Assembly (NCBI GenBank): GCA_051362555.1
Contig: CM120645.1
Coordinates: 1,240,001 to 1,304,000 of the forward strand
DNA from: Lingula anatina
Taxonomy: Eukaryota > Animalia > Brachiopoda
Reading direction: 5' to 3'
DNA: 64,000 nt
Part shown: positions 36,917 through 49,293 of the stretch, one piece after another
How positions within the stretch are numbered: the first letter of the stretch is position 1
Layout of the letters: the number at the start of each line of letters is the position of its first letter
Notes under the pieces: model-generated
Database searches by the model: none
What the model was told of the DNA's origin: nothing
Seen by the model: the letters and a program-made list of their open reading frames with translations, nothing else
Program-made: the position numbers and the translations under genes

Positions 36917-39900
36917 ATAGAAATGCACATTGCAGTAATAATAAAAAGAACAGGTGCAGTGTGACAATAGGTTATCTGTCTTCTAGTTTATCTTTCCACC
37001 GCTACATATTTGTCGCAAATTATTTTTACATGTCAGCTCTGTTTCTTATCTTTCCCCGACATTTGTGAAAGGACGATTCCTGTAAATGAGACGCTATTTT
37101 ACGTGTCATCGTGCAGTTATACACAATATCGTTTAAGTACGAATATCAAAATAACATGTCTCGAAAGGAGGTCAAAATATGACGAAGAAAACAAAATATA
37201 GCATGGGGATCAATCATTAAAAATTTAATGTCATAACACAAGGGACAAATATGCAAAATGGCATGTTCATTTAATTTTCATCCGTCAAAGTAAAATCTGA
37301 AAGAGTCGAGAGGCGTTACACGAGGTCATATCCCATGTGTAAATATCAGACAAGTCGCCAGTACAGCAACATGCCACCTGAGTCAATGCAGTGTAGGTGT
37401 GCAGAGACGATTTGCTTCTAGGAAGATGGCAATCTGTTTACATGGTGCTACTATGATGCTAAACAAAATTCTCTCAATCCCATTTTACTTGTGTGGTTGC
37501 ATTCTGTGTCATAATCCCCAATACCAAGTTGTAAAGCAGAAAAAAAACTGAAGGACATTAAGGTCTCACTAATAGATAATAAAAACACAGGAGGCAAGTT
37601 TTATAGCCAGTCAGACAAACATATTTTGCTGTACAAAAAGAGTCATTTTCTTGTACCTTCAAACCGCGACACTTTTTATCGTTATTGGAAATTATCAACG
37701 TGCTAATCAGGTGTCAAGCGTTTGTCGTCTGCCAAGTCTGTGTCGTCTGCTGCCAATATACCAGATCTCTTCCATCTTGAATTATACATTTCAAATGGAG
37801 GTTACAAGTTGCTCCCTCTTTGGGCGTGTTTTCCAGCTAAGTCGTAATTACTAAGGCTCCTCCTATGATAAGTAAGCCTAAACATGGCTGGGCGGGGTAG
37901 ACCAGGACAGCTGATAGCTAAATGCCGTACAACCGATTGATGTTCGTGATAAGTCACTGCCACGTATAAAAAATACATATACAGGACGAAATATTGAGAG
38001 TACATGACATGTTGTCGTTATTAGAAATGTGAAGTTCTTCTTTACGATAGTTGGTGCATATGACAAGTTATTTGTTAAAGATGTGACATGTGTCAAGTTG
38101 TGTTATTTGAGAGCGACATCTGGTGGCCCACAGTCTTTTTAGTATTCGAAGTTCTATTTTCTGAGTTATTTTCTGTCTGTAAACCTGTCAGCCTGCCTGT
38201 CCTTCTGTCTGTTTCTCTGAGTGACTTCATAACGTTCTTTCCCTCTTTCCGTCTGTCTGTCTGTCTGTCTGTCTGTCTAAAGCACTGCACGTGCATGTTT
38301 GCTAGTATGGCCGCCGCACAATTTAAACATTTTCTCCTGTACTACAGGCACGAAGGAGACAGCCTTCATCTACGCCATCTTGAGCGCAGGTGTCGTCCAC
38401 GCCGTGACGCAGGCGTGCAGCGCAGGTAACCTGACGGAGTGCAGCTGCGACCTGCGCCTCCAGGGCCAGAAGACGGAGGACGGCTGGACGTGGGGCGGTT
38501 GTAGCGATAACGTGGACTACGGCGTCTGGTTCGGGAAGACGTTCGTGGACGCTCCGGACACTTCCTCGCACAAGTCCGGGAGGAACGTCAGGATGCTGAT
38601 GAACCTGCACAATAATGAGGTCGGCAGAAAGGTATGTGGGGCTATCTATTTATTTATTTATTAATTTGTGTAGGACCGCTAAAATATTTTGATCACATTT
38701 AAATAATGTTTATTGGCTGTACACGTAGCGACCACTGTGTTACAGTCCGCAGTAGCCTATAGAAGTCCAGACATTGTTCTTTTGCTAATAAAATGCAACT
38801 TTTACCTTAAACAATATCAAAAGAAAGAACTGGGTATTGCAAAAAATGATAATAAAATAAAATAAAATAAAATAAAATAAAATAATATTCCACTTGCAGC
38901 ATGTTATGTGTACATATGTCGTTCAGATCACAGCTCAGGTGCCCGACAGGTGTGCATCTGTCTGTGTCCTTGGCGTGGCTCACTGGCCGTGAAAACTGAC
39001 GTCCACTGACACAGGTCACTCACCGCTCTGTCTGACCACTACTGATGTGATAACATTACTCACGGACATTGTGGTGACATTATATTTTAACGTGGACATG
39101 TCGGATATTATATTTTAACGTGGACATGTCCGATATTATATTTTAACGTGGATGTTGTCGGATATTGTTCTGAGACGTTTCGAATGACGTCATTTGTAAA
39201 CTGAAGCAGTGAGATAGTAGTCAGTACAGCAGGGTTCAGTTGAAAGAGACATAAAAATCTTAAGAAGTTTCAAAAAGTCGAAATTTAGATCCCTTATACA
39301 TTTAAATGCTTCAGTGAAACGCTGCCCTTCCTCTAAAAAACCTTTTTAAAGACTTTCGTAGTGCAAAGCAAGAAAATACGTTAAATACAAAATAATATTA
39401 ATAATAATGATAACAAACGAGGACGAACGAGTCGTGCATCTGAAAAAGAAAATAAATAAATAAATGTATTCATCAATTAATAAAAAGATAAACAAACGAA
39501 AGAAAAATACATCTGAAACTAAATGTCATTTTCTAGTCACCGTCGGACAACAAAAAATAAAAACGTATGGAATATTGTTGAATGAGGGCACTTGGACTGA
39601 TACACACTTGTCGTTCTGTTGTCTGTTATCATTTTAGACGTTTTCAGTGATTTCGACACATGACAATCGGTATTTTATCACTCAGCTGATGTGAAAAAGC
39701 GTGATAAAATTGACATGAACATCAGCACACGGCGTCATACGTTCCTGTCAGTTCATTGCAGATGAGACGGGTAACAGTACCGGGCAGCCATCTCGGCTTA
39801 ACGCCGTCAAAAGCGTGGAGAAAATTCCGGACGTGGTTCTACCACGCTTCACTTGACGAGATCGACGTTAACAACGTCTCAGCACAGCGACGCCGTGCGT

Positions 39901-40585
39901 CTTAATTAGTGCGTATTTGGAGCCCTGTGTTTTAGAGCATCGGAATGAATTATCGCTGGCATCGGTGTGGCTTAGAATGCAGCGTGAATTGTCTTGTTAC
40001 GCAGGGTATGCCGGATACGGCGCACGGACGCTGTCGGGGTTTGAAATGGTCTAGATCAACACAGCTATTAAAAAAGTGATCTTGTTTCAACACTGGATTT
40101 CTATCTATTTCTCATATTTTTGTTCTGGTCGTTTTTGGTATGATCTGGTATGACTCCTTGGTTTGAGAAACCATGGCACTTGTTGCGCCAAAATTTCACG
40201 GAGTTAAAATTAAAAAAAAAAAAAAACTTTATTGTGACACGGTATAAGACAACTACATGTATACCTTTTTCAAAGGCTGGTTTTAGAAGAAAAAAAGTCG
40301 CTGAGAACTGTTAGCCTGTTCAATGTCAGTATCTGTGCATGCAGTGATTAGTCGACTCTTCTCTTGGTATGCATTCACTTCTTAGTTCTTTCAAGAACTG
40401 ATGGGCTCGAGTTCTTTTGAATAGAGAGTACTTAAAACGATAATTGTGTTTTAATAGCACTTAGTTTCAGCTTTCCAGCCATTGGGTAGCTTCTATTTCT
40501 ATTTCCCCAGCAGCGGTCGCGAGAAACAGGTGACGATGAAGTTTTGTTTACTGATGTAACCACGCGCACACACACACACACACAA

Positions 40586-40626
<41 letters not shown>

Positions 40627-40955
40627 TACAAAACTACATAATCGGACGCATAATAGCCACAAATTAATCGTTTCAATGTTCTTTCTCCGTCATGTCTTTA
40701 AAGTGTCATCTATCATGTGTCCTCCTCTGACATACCGCGTCTTTTCCACGTTTGGAGGATAATAACTGTGAAGATTTTATTGACCTTTGGGTTGGTAGAC
40801 TGTCATTTTTGAAAACCTGTTTTGCTTTTTTTCTTTAAAGTAAAGGGAGGGATGGGAATGTTGGAGGTGAGTCATGCTTTAAATCTACAGGACACCTGCG
40901 ACGAGGGGATCCGTGTGAGAAGTATCATGTTTAAGGTGTGTGCGTGTGTGCGTGC

Positions 40956-40998
<43 letters not shown>

Positions 40999-43365
40999 CC
41001 TTATATTAGTTCATCAATTTGTGGCAAATAGTAAAACGTTTAACATGTTACTCTTTAAATAATCATAACGGAACTAACAGATGAGGTAAATAGTTCTATT
41101 TAGCTAAGTGAACTTGCAGTAGCTGGATAATTAATGGTTCAGTATTTTTTCCTCTCTGGTTGATTTGTCACTTTGCCGCTTTTCTTGCTCTTAGTACATT
41201 TTGGTAAGTTAGGACAATTTTATAGAAGTCCTTGTAATAAGATAATCTAAATAAAGTTTTAGTCTATCAATCTAAAAAAACCAATATAATCCAATATAAT
41301 CTATAAAAATTCACCACGTGTTATTACAATGTAGAGCATGTAGAGCGTCTGCTATGTATATAATTTTGAACTCAATAATTTTAGTATTTAAACCGTGCTG
41401 CTTAATATGAGGACTAACAGTACATCTAAATGAAAAAGAAGTAAATTTAAATGAAGAAAAAAGAGAAAATGTCAGTTGTTGATAATTCAGACCTCTCCCC
41501 CCCCCCCCCCAAAAAAAAAGGGGTCCTCCTCGAGTCTCCAGGTGGTATAGAAGTGGGTAGCAGGATAGGTTACAATGACCAGGTGAGCGCGAACGATGAC
41601 ACTTGATTTCTGACCAAGTTCGTTTGTTTTTCTTCGGTTGTGTAAATATTCTTTAGAGCGAAAGATACCTCCTCGAACTACACTCAAGGTGTCGGACTTA
41701 CGGAAGACAAATAACCTTTGAAGTGAAGAAGCTTTTATCACAAAGTTTAAGTTTTTTGCCAGAGCTGTGTTGAAAAAGTTGTGTTTTTGCGCGTGAAAAA
41801 AGTCTTGCAAACCTCTTTCGTCGTTTGTCACTTTGGCTGGGGTTTTTCTTAACAAATAAGCCAAGATGAAATTAGTTAACATATATAAATAACGATAGAC
41901 TCAACCTACTTTAGAAAAGTAAGAAAGTTTCTGTTTAATGACAGTGAAATGAACGCACTTCATGAGGTTTACCGGCTAAATTAGATTTCCCCCGGAAAAT
42001 AAGAAATTTCACGTATCATCTATCTATCCCTCTCTGCACTTGGATTCGACCTTTGGTAAAATTCATAAAGGTTGATTTTAGCTTAAAATGACTGGCTAGT
42101 CATAATAACAGCGATCATTTTCCTATAAGCTCAACATCAGAAAAAAAATTTTAAGGGATTTTAATAATTTGTGTAAATTTTTATAAGAAGCATCAGGAAC
42201 GCTCGTGAAAAATATTTAAGGGGTTTAATCATGTTAAAGCTGTATGTAAGGTTTTATAAGATGCTGTGGATGGCAAAAATAAGCACATTAAAAAAATCAC
42301 CCATGTGACCATGGGGTAAATAGCTAATAGTTCAGTAATACTGAAAAGTGTTGTGTTCTCACATCACACAATATAGGCCTACAAATAAAACCTACGTGAT
42401 CAAAATTCATCTTTTCATCTCAAAGTTTTTAGGGAGGTGGCGGGGGGTGGGGGATAAGGCTGCCCTTGCACTAATCCTTAAAAAATGAAGACGGGGGTAG
42501 GGGTAAGGGTGAAGATCGCCGTAGAACCCCCTGTAGGCCTATCAATGAGTGATTACCGTTACCACAACACCAACAGCCGATGTTGACACGAAGTCAACTC
42601 ATTTCGCGCCCTGTGCGATAAACTGAAATAATCTATTACTACAATCAGCGGTAATTTTGTTTACTCTCGTTTAGAAACTGCGGTTTATTATTTGGAAGCA
42701 AAATCGCCTCGAGCTGAGAAAAAACAACACTCGGATGGAAGGGCCTCTAACGTCCTCCAGGCGTTACGGAATTGAAGGATAAAAAGGGGAAGCCGTTCGT
42801 TGTGGGGTGAAGAAAGTTTTTCTAAACATATCCGTTTTGTATTAGAATATTGAAAGCCGTCTAGGTAGTGTCTGTGTCCGTACGAGTACTATGATTGTTA
42901 TGAATGTTGGTATTATAAGATGTCTGTCACATCAGGACCGATCTTCTCTTATGTGCATGTTCTAATATACCAACTTACGTGGAATTCATAGGACTGTGGC
43001 CAACACGCTCTATGATTTTGTATAAATTCGGAAGTCAAATTAAAGAAAGCGTCTGAAAACCACCCAATGTTTTTCTTTAATTCAGATTACTAGACTACAA
43101 GATACAGCTCTTTCTTGATTTTTTTGCGGATCAAATTGTGATGTCAATCTACGATACAGACTATGCAAGAGAACTCTCGACATACTAATGATTTTACCTC
43201 CTTTGCTCAATAAATAAATAAATAAATAAATAAATAAAACTGTAGTTATTAGTTTTAATATAAAGCGCCAATGATTAAACATTAGCCCACTCTCTCCAAA
43301 CTATTTCCTTTGAAAAACCGAGAAATTGTATATTTACTCCACCAACAATAAATTAAATTTTTATG

Positions 43366-43405
<40 letters not shown>

Positions 43406-45495
43406 GTATCACTCACTTACTTTGAAATAAGCCCGCAGGTGGACTTCGTGCCTTCCGCAGCTCGCAAAAATGTAACCGACAACAAATGAGGTGAAATCAA
43501 CTAAGAAACTGACAAGGGCGCGTGAATGTTTTTGGCGCATCTCTCAGAGTTCTTGCATTTTCGTTTGCCTGGTTAATCAGAGAAAGATTGATCTAGACTT
43601 CAAGTTAGTTAAGACCTTTTGGTGTTAAGAATTGTGTAGACTTTCTTGACTTGCCAAGATAATTTCCACCAGGTACAGTGAACAGAGCTAAACCGTAGAC
43701 AAAACTATTCGAGAAATAGGAAGTATAATTTTATTGGCACGTTCATCAGTTCATCTGAAATGGATACAACTGTGTGTGATGAATCACTAATAAACAGTAG
43801 ATTCTTGTTATTTGAGGAAAACCTGTCATTATTTCTGAGGGTATGTTGGTTATTTGTAGCTAAGTGATGCGGAAAAAATGTCTTCAAAAAAGACCCCGAA
43901 GTGGACAAAACCCACAGTTGTAATGATACCGTTTTGCGGTGGTTACGTAGACATACTATTGCCATCGGTCGTCGGAATGCGGCCTTGGAGATCGAAGGCA
44001 CGTAGAAAATACGATAAACAAAAGCATCTTTCGCGCGCATCGGTACGAAGTCAGGCTTACTGATCGTATCGTGTGAAATATTTCAATCGATTTCAAAGTG
44101 AAGAAACTATCCCTAAACCATTCGAGACTAACGTCTCATCTAACTCTGATAGCTTCTCTTCCTTCGATTACTTCCTCCTCGATTGCTCTTTTCAAATGGT
44201 AAAAGACAGACAATCTAATCGAGTAATAATAGATTGAAAGGTAGCGTTTAATAATTTCTTGACCAGGAGCTGCCTCCAGGCACCATTGTCGCAATGGGCC
44301 GACCATCTAGATGCTTCCTAATTAAACATCAACAGAAGCTGCGCCATTCCGTTTATTCCTTGTAATAAGAAAAGCTTAACTTTCCTTTGTGCTCTTGATT
44401 GACAGTTTGGTCTGCCATTGTTGCGCAGTTTTCATCAATTAAATCGTGGGGAATTTAATGCAGTCTATACTAAATGGAATAAATAACGCAGAGGCAGTGT
44501 ATCGGATACTACGTAGGTATTTAGTGCTGGGGGCGGGGGCGGGGGGGGGGGGAGACGGTGTGAAATTAGCAGTAAAATACAGTCATATGTGACAACGTCG
44601 CATACCTGGAGTACTTACCTATGTAACAGTTACACATTAAATGTGTGTATGTTTATGATAGATCACACTGATGATCACTTGATATTATTTCTGTAAATAT
44701 GCCTATGGGTGATCAGCTGTTGTGGTATGTGCGGGCAGAATTGGCTTGAGAATGGCTACTTTTAATTGTCAGTAAAGACAAAGTTTTTTATCATCTGCAG
44801 ACATTTTCGTTTCCGCACGAAACTCCTTTAAACTCGTTACACAACTGGTTGAAGTACCAAATGTTAAAGCGATATCGAATCCGGAGAGCTAGGAGATTAC
44901 ACGAAATCTTATCCTTTTTATTACTAGACTTAAAAAACCGACAAACAAACGGATAACTAAGATAAAAATCCACATTGCAATCTTAGACGAGGGATAGGTC
45001 CTGTAGTTCGGTGCAGGTAAATATTGTAGAGTTCAAAATTGACAGCCAACCTACCCTGAAAAAAATGAATGAAAAAATAATGAAACCATATATAAATGTC
45101 AGGATGATACCATATTTCATTTTTTTGAGCGCTCAGATATTTGTTTATTTTGTACATTTTGATTAAAAAGTATTTTTTGGTCACGAGGGGGCAACTTTTA
45201 GTGAAATTTAACAGAGCTAGCATTTTTGGCCGCTGATAATATCATTAGTTTCTGAAGTTAAAGAGTTCAGTACCTTAACTTAAAACGAGTTTTGGAAAAA
45301 AAAAAACGTTGTCATAGTGTTAATAGTTTCAAAATATTTTCTTATTTTCTTATGTAGATATTCGCCTAAAGTAAACACTATTTTCTCCAGTCGATATTTG
45401 TTGTTTTGTGTAATTCATTATCATTTCTTCGTGATCGGTTGTTTTCGGAGATTACAGATAAAAAATCACTAACTATTATAACGATTGATAATTTC

Positions 45496-45527
<32 letters not shown>

Positions 45528-47251
45528 ATCGTCCTCGTGTACCTCGACCATTGCCGAGTTCAAGCAAACGCCCTGTTATTTCGCCATTCTTTGTTGCTGG
45601 CATCCGTCATCCCCAGCCCAAGTTCCCCAGTAACCGGAGAGGTGCCGAGAACTGTCAAGTGTCGTATTGAAGAAGACACCAACTCTTGACGCCATTGTTC
45701 GGACTCGTCCCGGTGAAAAATTCCATCACCCGTTCCCCTCAGTCCTGTGGAGTGACGTCTATATCCGTGGATCATCTTAATCAAAAGGCAGAGATAGCTA
45801 AGACCGGGGAACAATTAGGCGGGTGAAATTTAATGGAAATATGGAGTAAACACGACTCCTCAACCCCGACCGCTGAAGGTGTCGGTTTAAATGAGATAAT
45901 ATGCCTGCTGGCGACAGCCACCGCGTGTTGTAACTGTTATATATAAAAACAGATCTGGTTTCTGAACCAAACAGATCGGAAGAAAGTTTTCAGTGTTGCA
46001 AGAAATTTTCCCACAGGTCCGTAAAAAAACACACACAAACTTCTAAAGAAAATGTTTTGGAAACAGCAACAAATGGTAAAGAAGATACCAACATACTGTA
46101 ATGTACGGAACGCGGGAGAGACGCGTTCCTCGCAGTCCAAATCGTCAAAAATGTTAACTTAGGTATCAGTTTTAGGTGAACGCGTGTTTGTATCTTAGTT
46201 GCTGCCTGCCAGAACGTTAGGTTGTGTATTAAAGCTGAGGTGTTAACGTGTGTATAATACTTGCTCGTATCGCCAAAGCAAAGGCATACGCTTAAGTATT
46301 CGGGAGCTCGTGCGTCTTCTCTTGATGTTTGATTCCTTTCAAACATTTGCCAAAAATGGGTTTAGACATTTGTACTGATCAATTTGATTGTGTTATTTTC
46401 TCTCTTATAAGTGAGTAAGACAAAATAAAAATAGACAAAAAGAGCTACCTCAGTTTAACTACGTGGTTTATCTATTATTCATTCATTGGTTTATTTATCT
46501 GACAATAAGATACAATTCCATTGTGCTATGATACAGAGATGGCAAGTAACCGATAAGTCCAATAAAATACAGTATTTTAGCGAATACGGCCTCTTGGTGC
46601 AACAGAAATCATTTTACAACCGATCAATGATATTTTCATCCACTAATAAATAAAAGTTGGTAAAATAATTGGTCGATGCAGACGAATTTTCAACATCCTT
46701 TTGTAGTAAAACTTTATATTCTCTTCGGAAATCATTCATCATTCTTGATGTAAAATATGAGATTTCTTTTCTTTTTTTCATTGCAGGCTATAGTGAAGCA
46801 GATGAGGAGACAGTGCCGTTGCCATGGAGTTTCAGGCTCATGCGCAGTAAAGACATGTTGGAAAGGACTGCCACCTTTCCGCCAAATCGGAAACTATCTC
46901 AAAACCAAGTACGAACACTCGGTGCAGGTGGCGCCACGATCAAAACGCAAACTGCGCAGGCGCGAGCGCGTCAAAAGGAAAGTGCCTATTCCTGTGGACA
47001 TTCTGGTGCATTTGCACCGGTCGCCGAACTTTTGCAGGGCAGACGCGAAGCAGGGGATTCCCGGTACAAGAGGGAGGATGTGTAACAAAAACTCCCGGTC
47101 ACAAGACAGCTGCGACCTGTTGTGCTGCGGTAGAGGTTACAACACCCAAGTGAAGCGCCATTCAGAAAGGTGTCACTGTAAATTCGTATGGTGCTGTTAC
47201 GTTAAATGTCAGACGTGCGTTTCTCAAGTGGACATTCACACGTGTAAGTGA
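28493..47251 (+). CDS. Wnt16: Wnt16, 4 exons: 28493-28572, 31904-32145, 38348-38631, 46787-47251 (356 aa)
   Basis: Signal-peptide exon ending in WM; Wnt cysteine pattern [23 protein letters not shown] (acylation serine), [20 protein letters not shown]. The segment [35 protein letters not shown] matches the Wnt16 subfamily. Introns are GT-AG in phases 2,1,0; total 1071 nt. Confidence 0.93.
28702..28750. repeat. (AAT)n microsatellite, Wnt16 intron 1
   Basis: About 16 units. Confidence 0.95.
29971..30052. repeat. Imperfect (AAC/AAT)n microsatellite
   Basis: Directly visible; it generates the spurious poly-Asn ORF at 29956. Confidence 0.9.
31230..31481. mobile_element. About 250-bp MITE, possibly PIF/Harbinger-like, in Wnt16 intron 1
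   Basis: Imperfect TIRs ggtctcattcccaatgaaatta / tagttccattgggaatgaaccc; flanks tga / taa resemble a decayed 3-bp TSD. Confidence 0.6.
33791..33831. repeat. (CA)n(GA)n compound microsatellite
   Basis: Directly visible. Confidence 0.9.
36721..36913. repeat. (CT)n(GT)n ... (CA)n-poly(A) microsatellite cluster
   Basis: Directly visible. Confidence 0.9.
39077..39166. repeat. 28-bp minisatellite, about 3 copies (atattatattttaacgtggacatgtcgg)
   Basis: Tandem copies visible in Wnt16 intron 3. Confidence 0.85.
40567..40624. repeat. (CA)n microsatellite
   Basis: Directly visible. Confidence 0.9.
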
Positions 47252-48780
47252 GGACAGTACTTGGGGCACGGTCAGGAAGTTTCCCAACAGAGACTTCAAG
47301 TAGACAGAAGTGTTGTTATAAACGCAGTCATTGCAGATGTACATTAACGTTTTTTCATGATATATATAAATTGTACAGGATGTATTTATGAGGACATCTT
47401 TCAGTGTATCGGGTACACGCGAGGGGAAAATTTTATCCGCTTTATTTCCTCAACTTCACCCGTTTTACAAGCCAATCAAATGTTTTTTCGTCATCAGCAA
47501 CTTGCACGTTCGTCAGTGGAATATCTTCATTAGATGCGACGAGATTTCTACTTTTAACGTGCTGGGCGAAATAAAAGCCACCGACACTTCATTCAGTGCA
47601 CATATTTCATTTGTGATGTCAGTAAGTGCATTTATGACGTTAGAAATTGTTTCTGTGATGTCACTGTGTCAACCATACGCGTTCCAGTTGCACCCTGGGA
47701 TTGTACATATCCGACGATTACAGTAAAGATGTTTAGGCGCAAACTTCCAAGAGTCTCACAGTCGGTTAACTTTCCTGACCGTGATTCAACGGCGTTTGTG
47801 TACGTAAGTGCATGAACAGAGGTTTTACATGTACTGGTTTTCTCGAAACCAAATTGTAATGAGAAATGTTATCATTTGTCTAGACTTAACCAGACCGCTA
47901 CTAGTACATGAGTGATGTCAGCAAGGCTGGTGCATGCACTGACTAGATCAACTGAGATGATATGCCAAGGACTTATATAGGTGTGGTTTTAACTGTAGCA
48001 AAATTATGACTCTATCAGCCATAATCAACGGAGCAGCACACGGAGAACTTAACTACAGCTTTATTATCACTTTAGATGGTGACACGACTCCGACTGTGTT
48101 TGACAGTCTTGTGTAAAGATACGTCTATCTATCTATATGTAAATTAATATTAATATGTTTATCTCACGTTAAGTCAAATCAAGAACAGCGTCATCTGTTA
48201 CCGGCGAGGCACAATAACAGATTGGGTCACAATCGCATTTGTATCAACCGGCACACCTATCGCATTACGCCATTCCTAGACGTCTCGCCTCAACTATCAC
48301 AATACAGCTTTATTTATATACAAATCTCTTTGGCGGGAACCTAGTATGCAATGACACTGCCTGTACATAACAGAGCTAACAGTTTTGATCAGTTACTGGA
48401 CCAGTATTTGCCATATGAACATCATACTGTAATGTTTTTTTATTTGCACGGTTGCCAACCACAGCATAAAAGACTCACTGACCACGAGCGACCGCCTTTT
48501 ATACAAAAAGTCATAGCTATTTTCCGTAGATATTTATAATGATTAAGTTTAATAAAATATCATTAAATCATATTTGATTATATCCATATCTTTGTTTATA
48601 AATGATATATTTCGGCAATTTTACAACCAAACCTTTGTTATTATAAATCATGTAAACAAAAGGGATGATTTTCCTGCTTAAATTAATTACACTTCACAGT
48701 AAACAAAAATGAACAAAAATAAGAGTAGAATTCAATGTATATACGAAGCTTTCCGTGTTTTACGCCTTCTGACCAAACCT

Positions 48781-49214
48781 TTAGGAGGACTGTAGACATT
48801 GCACTATCTTATCCCAATCCTCCATTTCAGTTCCAATACTATCGGTCGTCTGCTTGAGAGAGGAACAGCCGATAGATGGCGTTGCGCGGGCAAGTCTTGG
48901 GACAGGAATGGCAGTAATTTGGCACTTATTCTCTTCGTCAATTTTAGTAATGAATCGATATGCACTTATCCGTTTATTTTCGATAAATTCTTCCACAATG
49001 CGGTGATACGATTCCCAACAGTCCGTTTCATTCTGTAAATAATTATATATACAGGATGATATAATAGTTTAAGTTTCGTGGAAGTTTTATGGTGATCAGT
49101 GTGTGAAGAAACGCTTTTCTACATAAACATTCTAGACTAGGAATCGAAGATACACGGATATCCCATTTATTGCTAAAATAAACGTTGCTGGTGGGCGTAC
49201 TTGTATCTCACATG

Positions 49215-49245
<31 letters not shown>

Positions 49246-49254
49246 CAAAGAAAT

Positions 49255-49293
<39 letters not shown>

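Noticed and set aside
39077-39166. 28-bp repeats as a CRISPR-like array
   Set aside because: Head-to-tail with no spacers, in a eukaryotic intron; an ordinary minisatellite.
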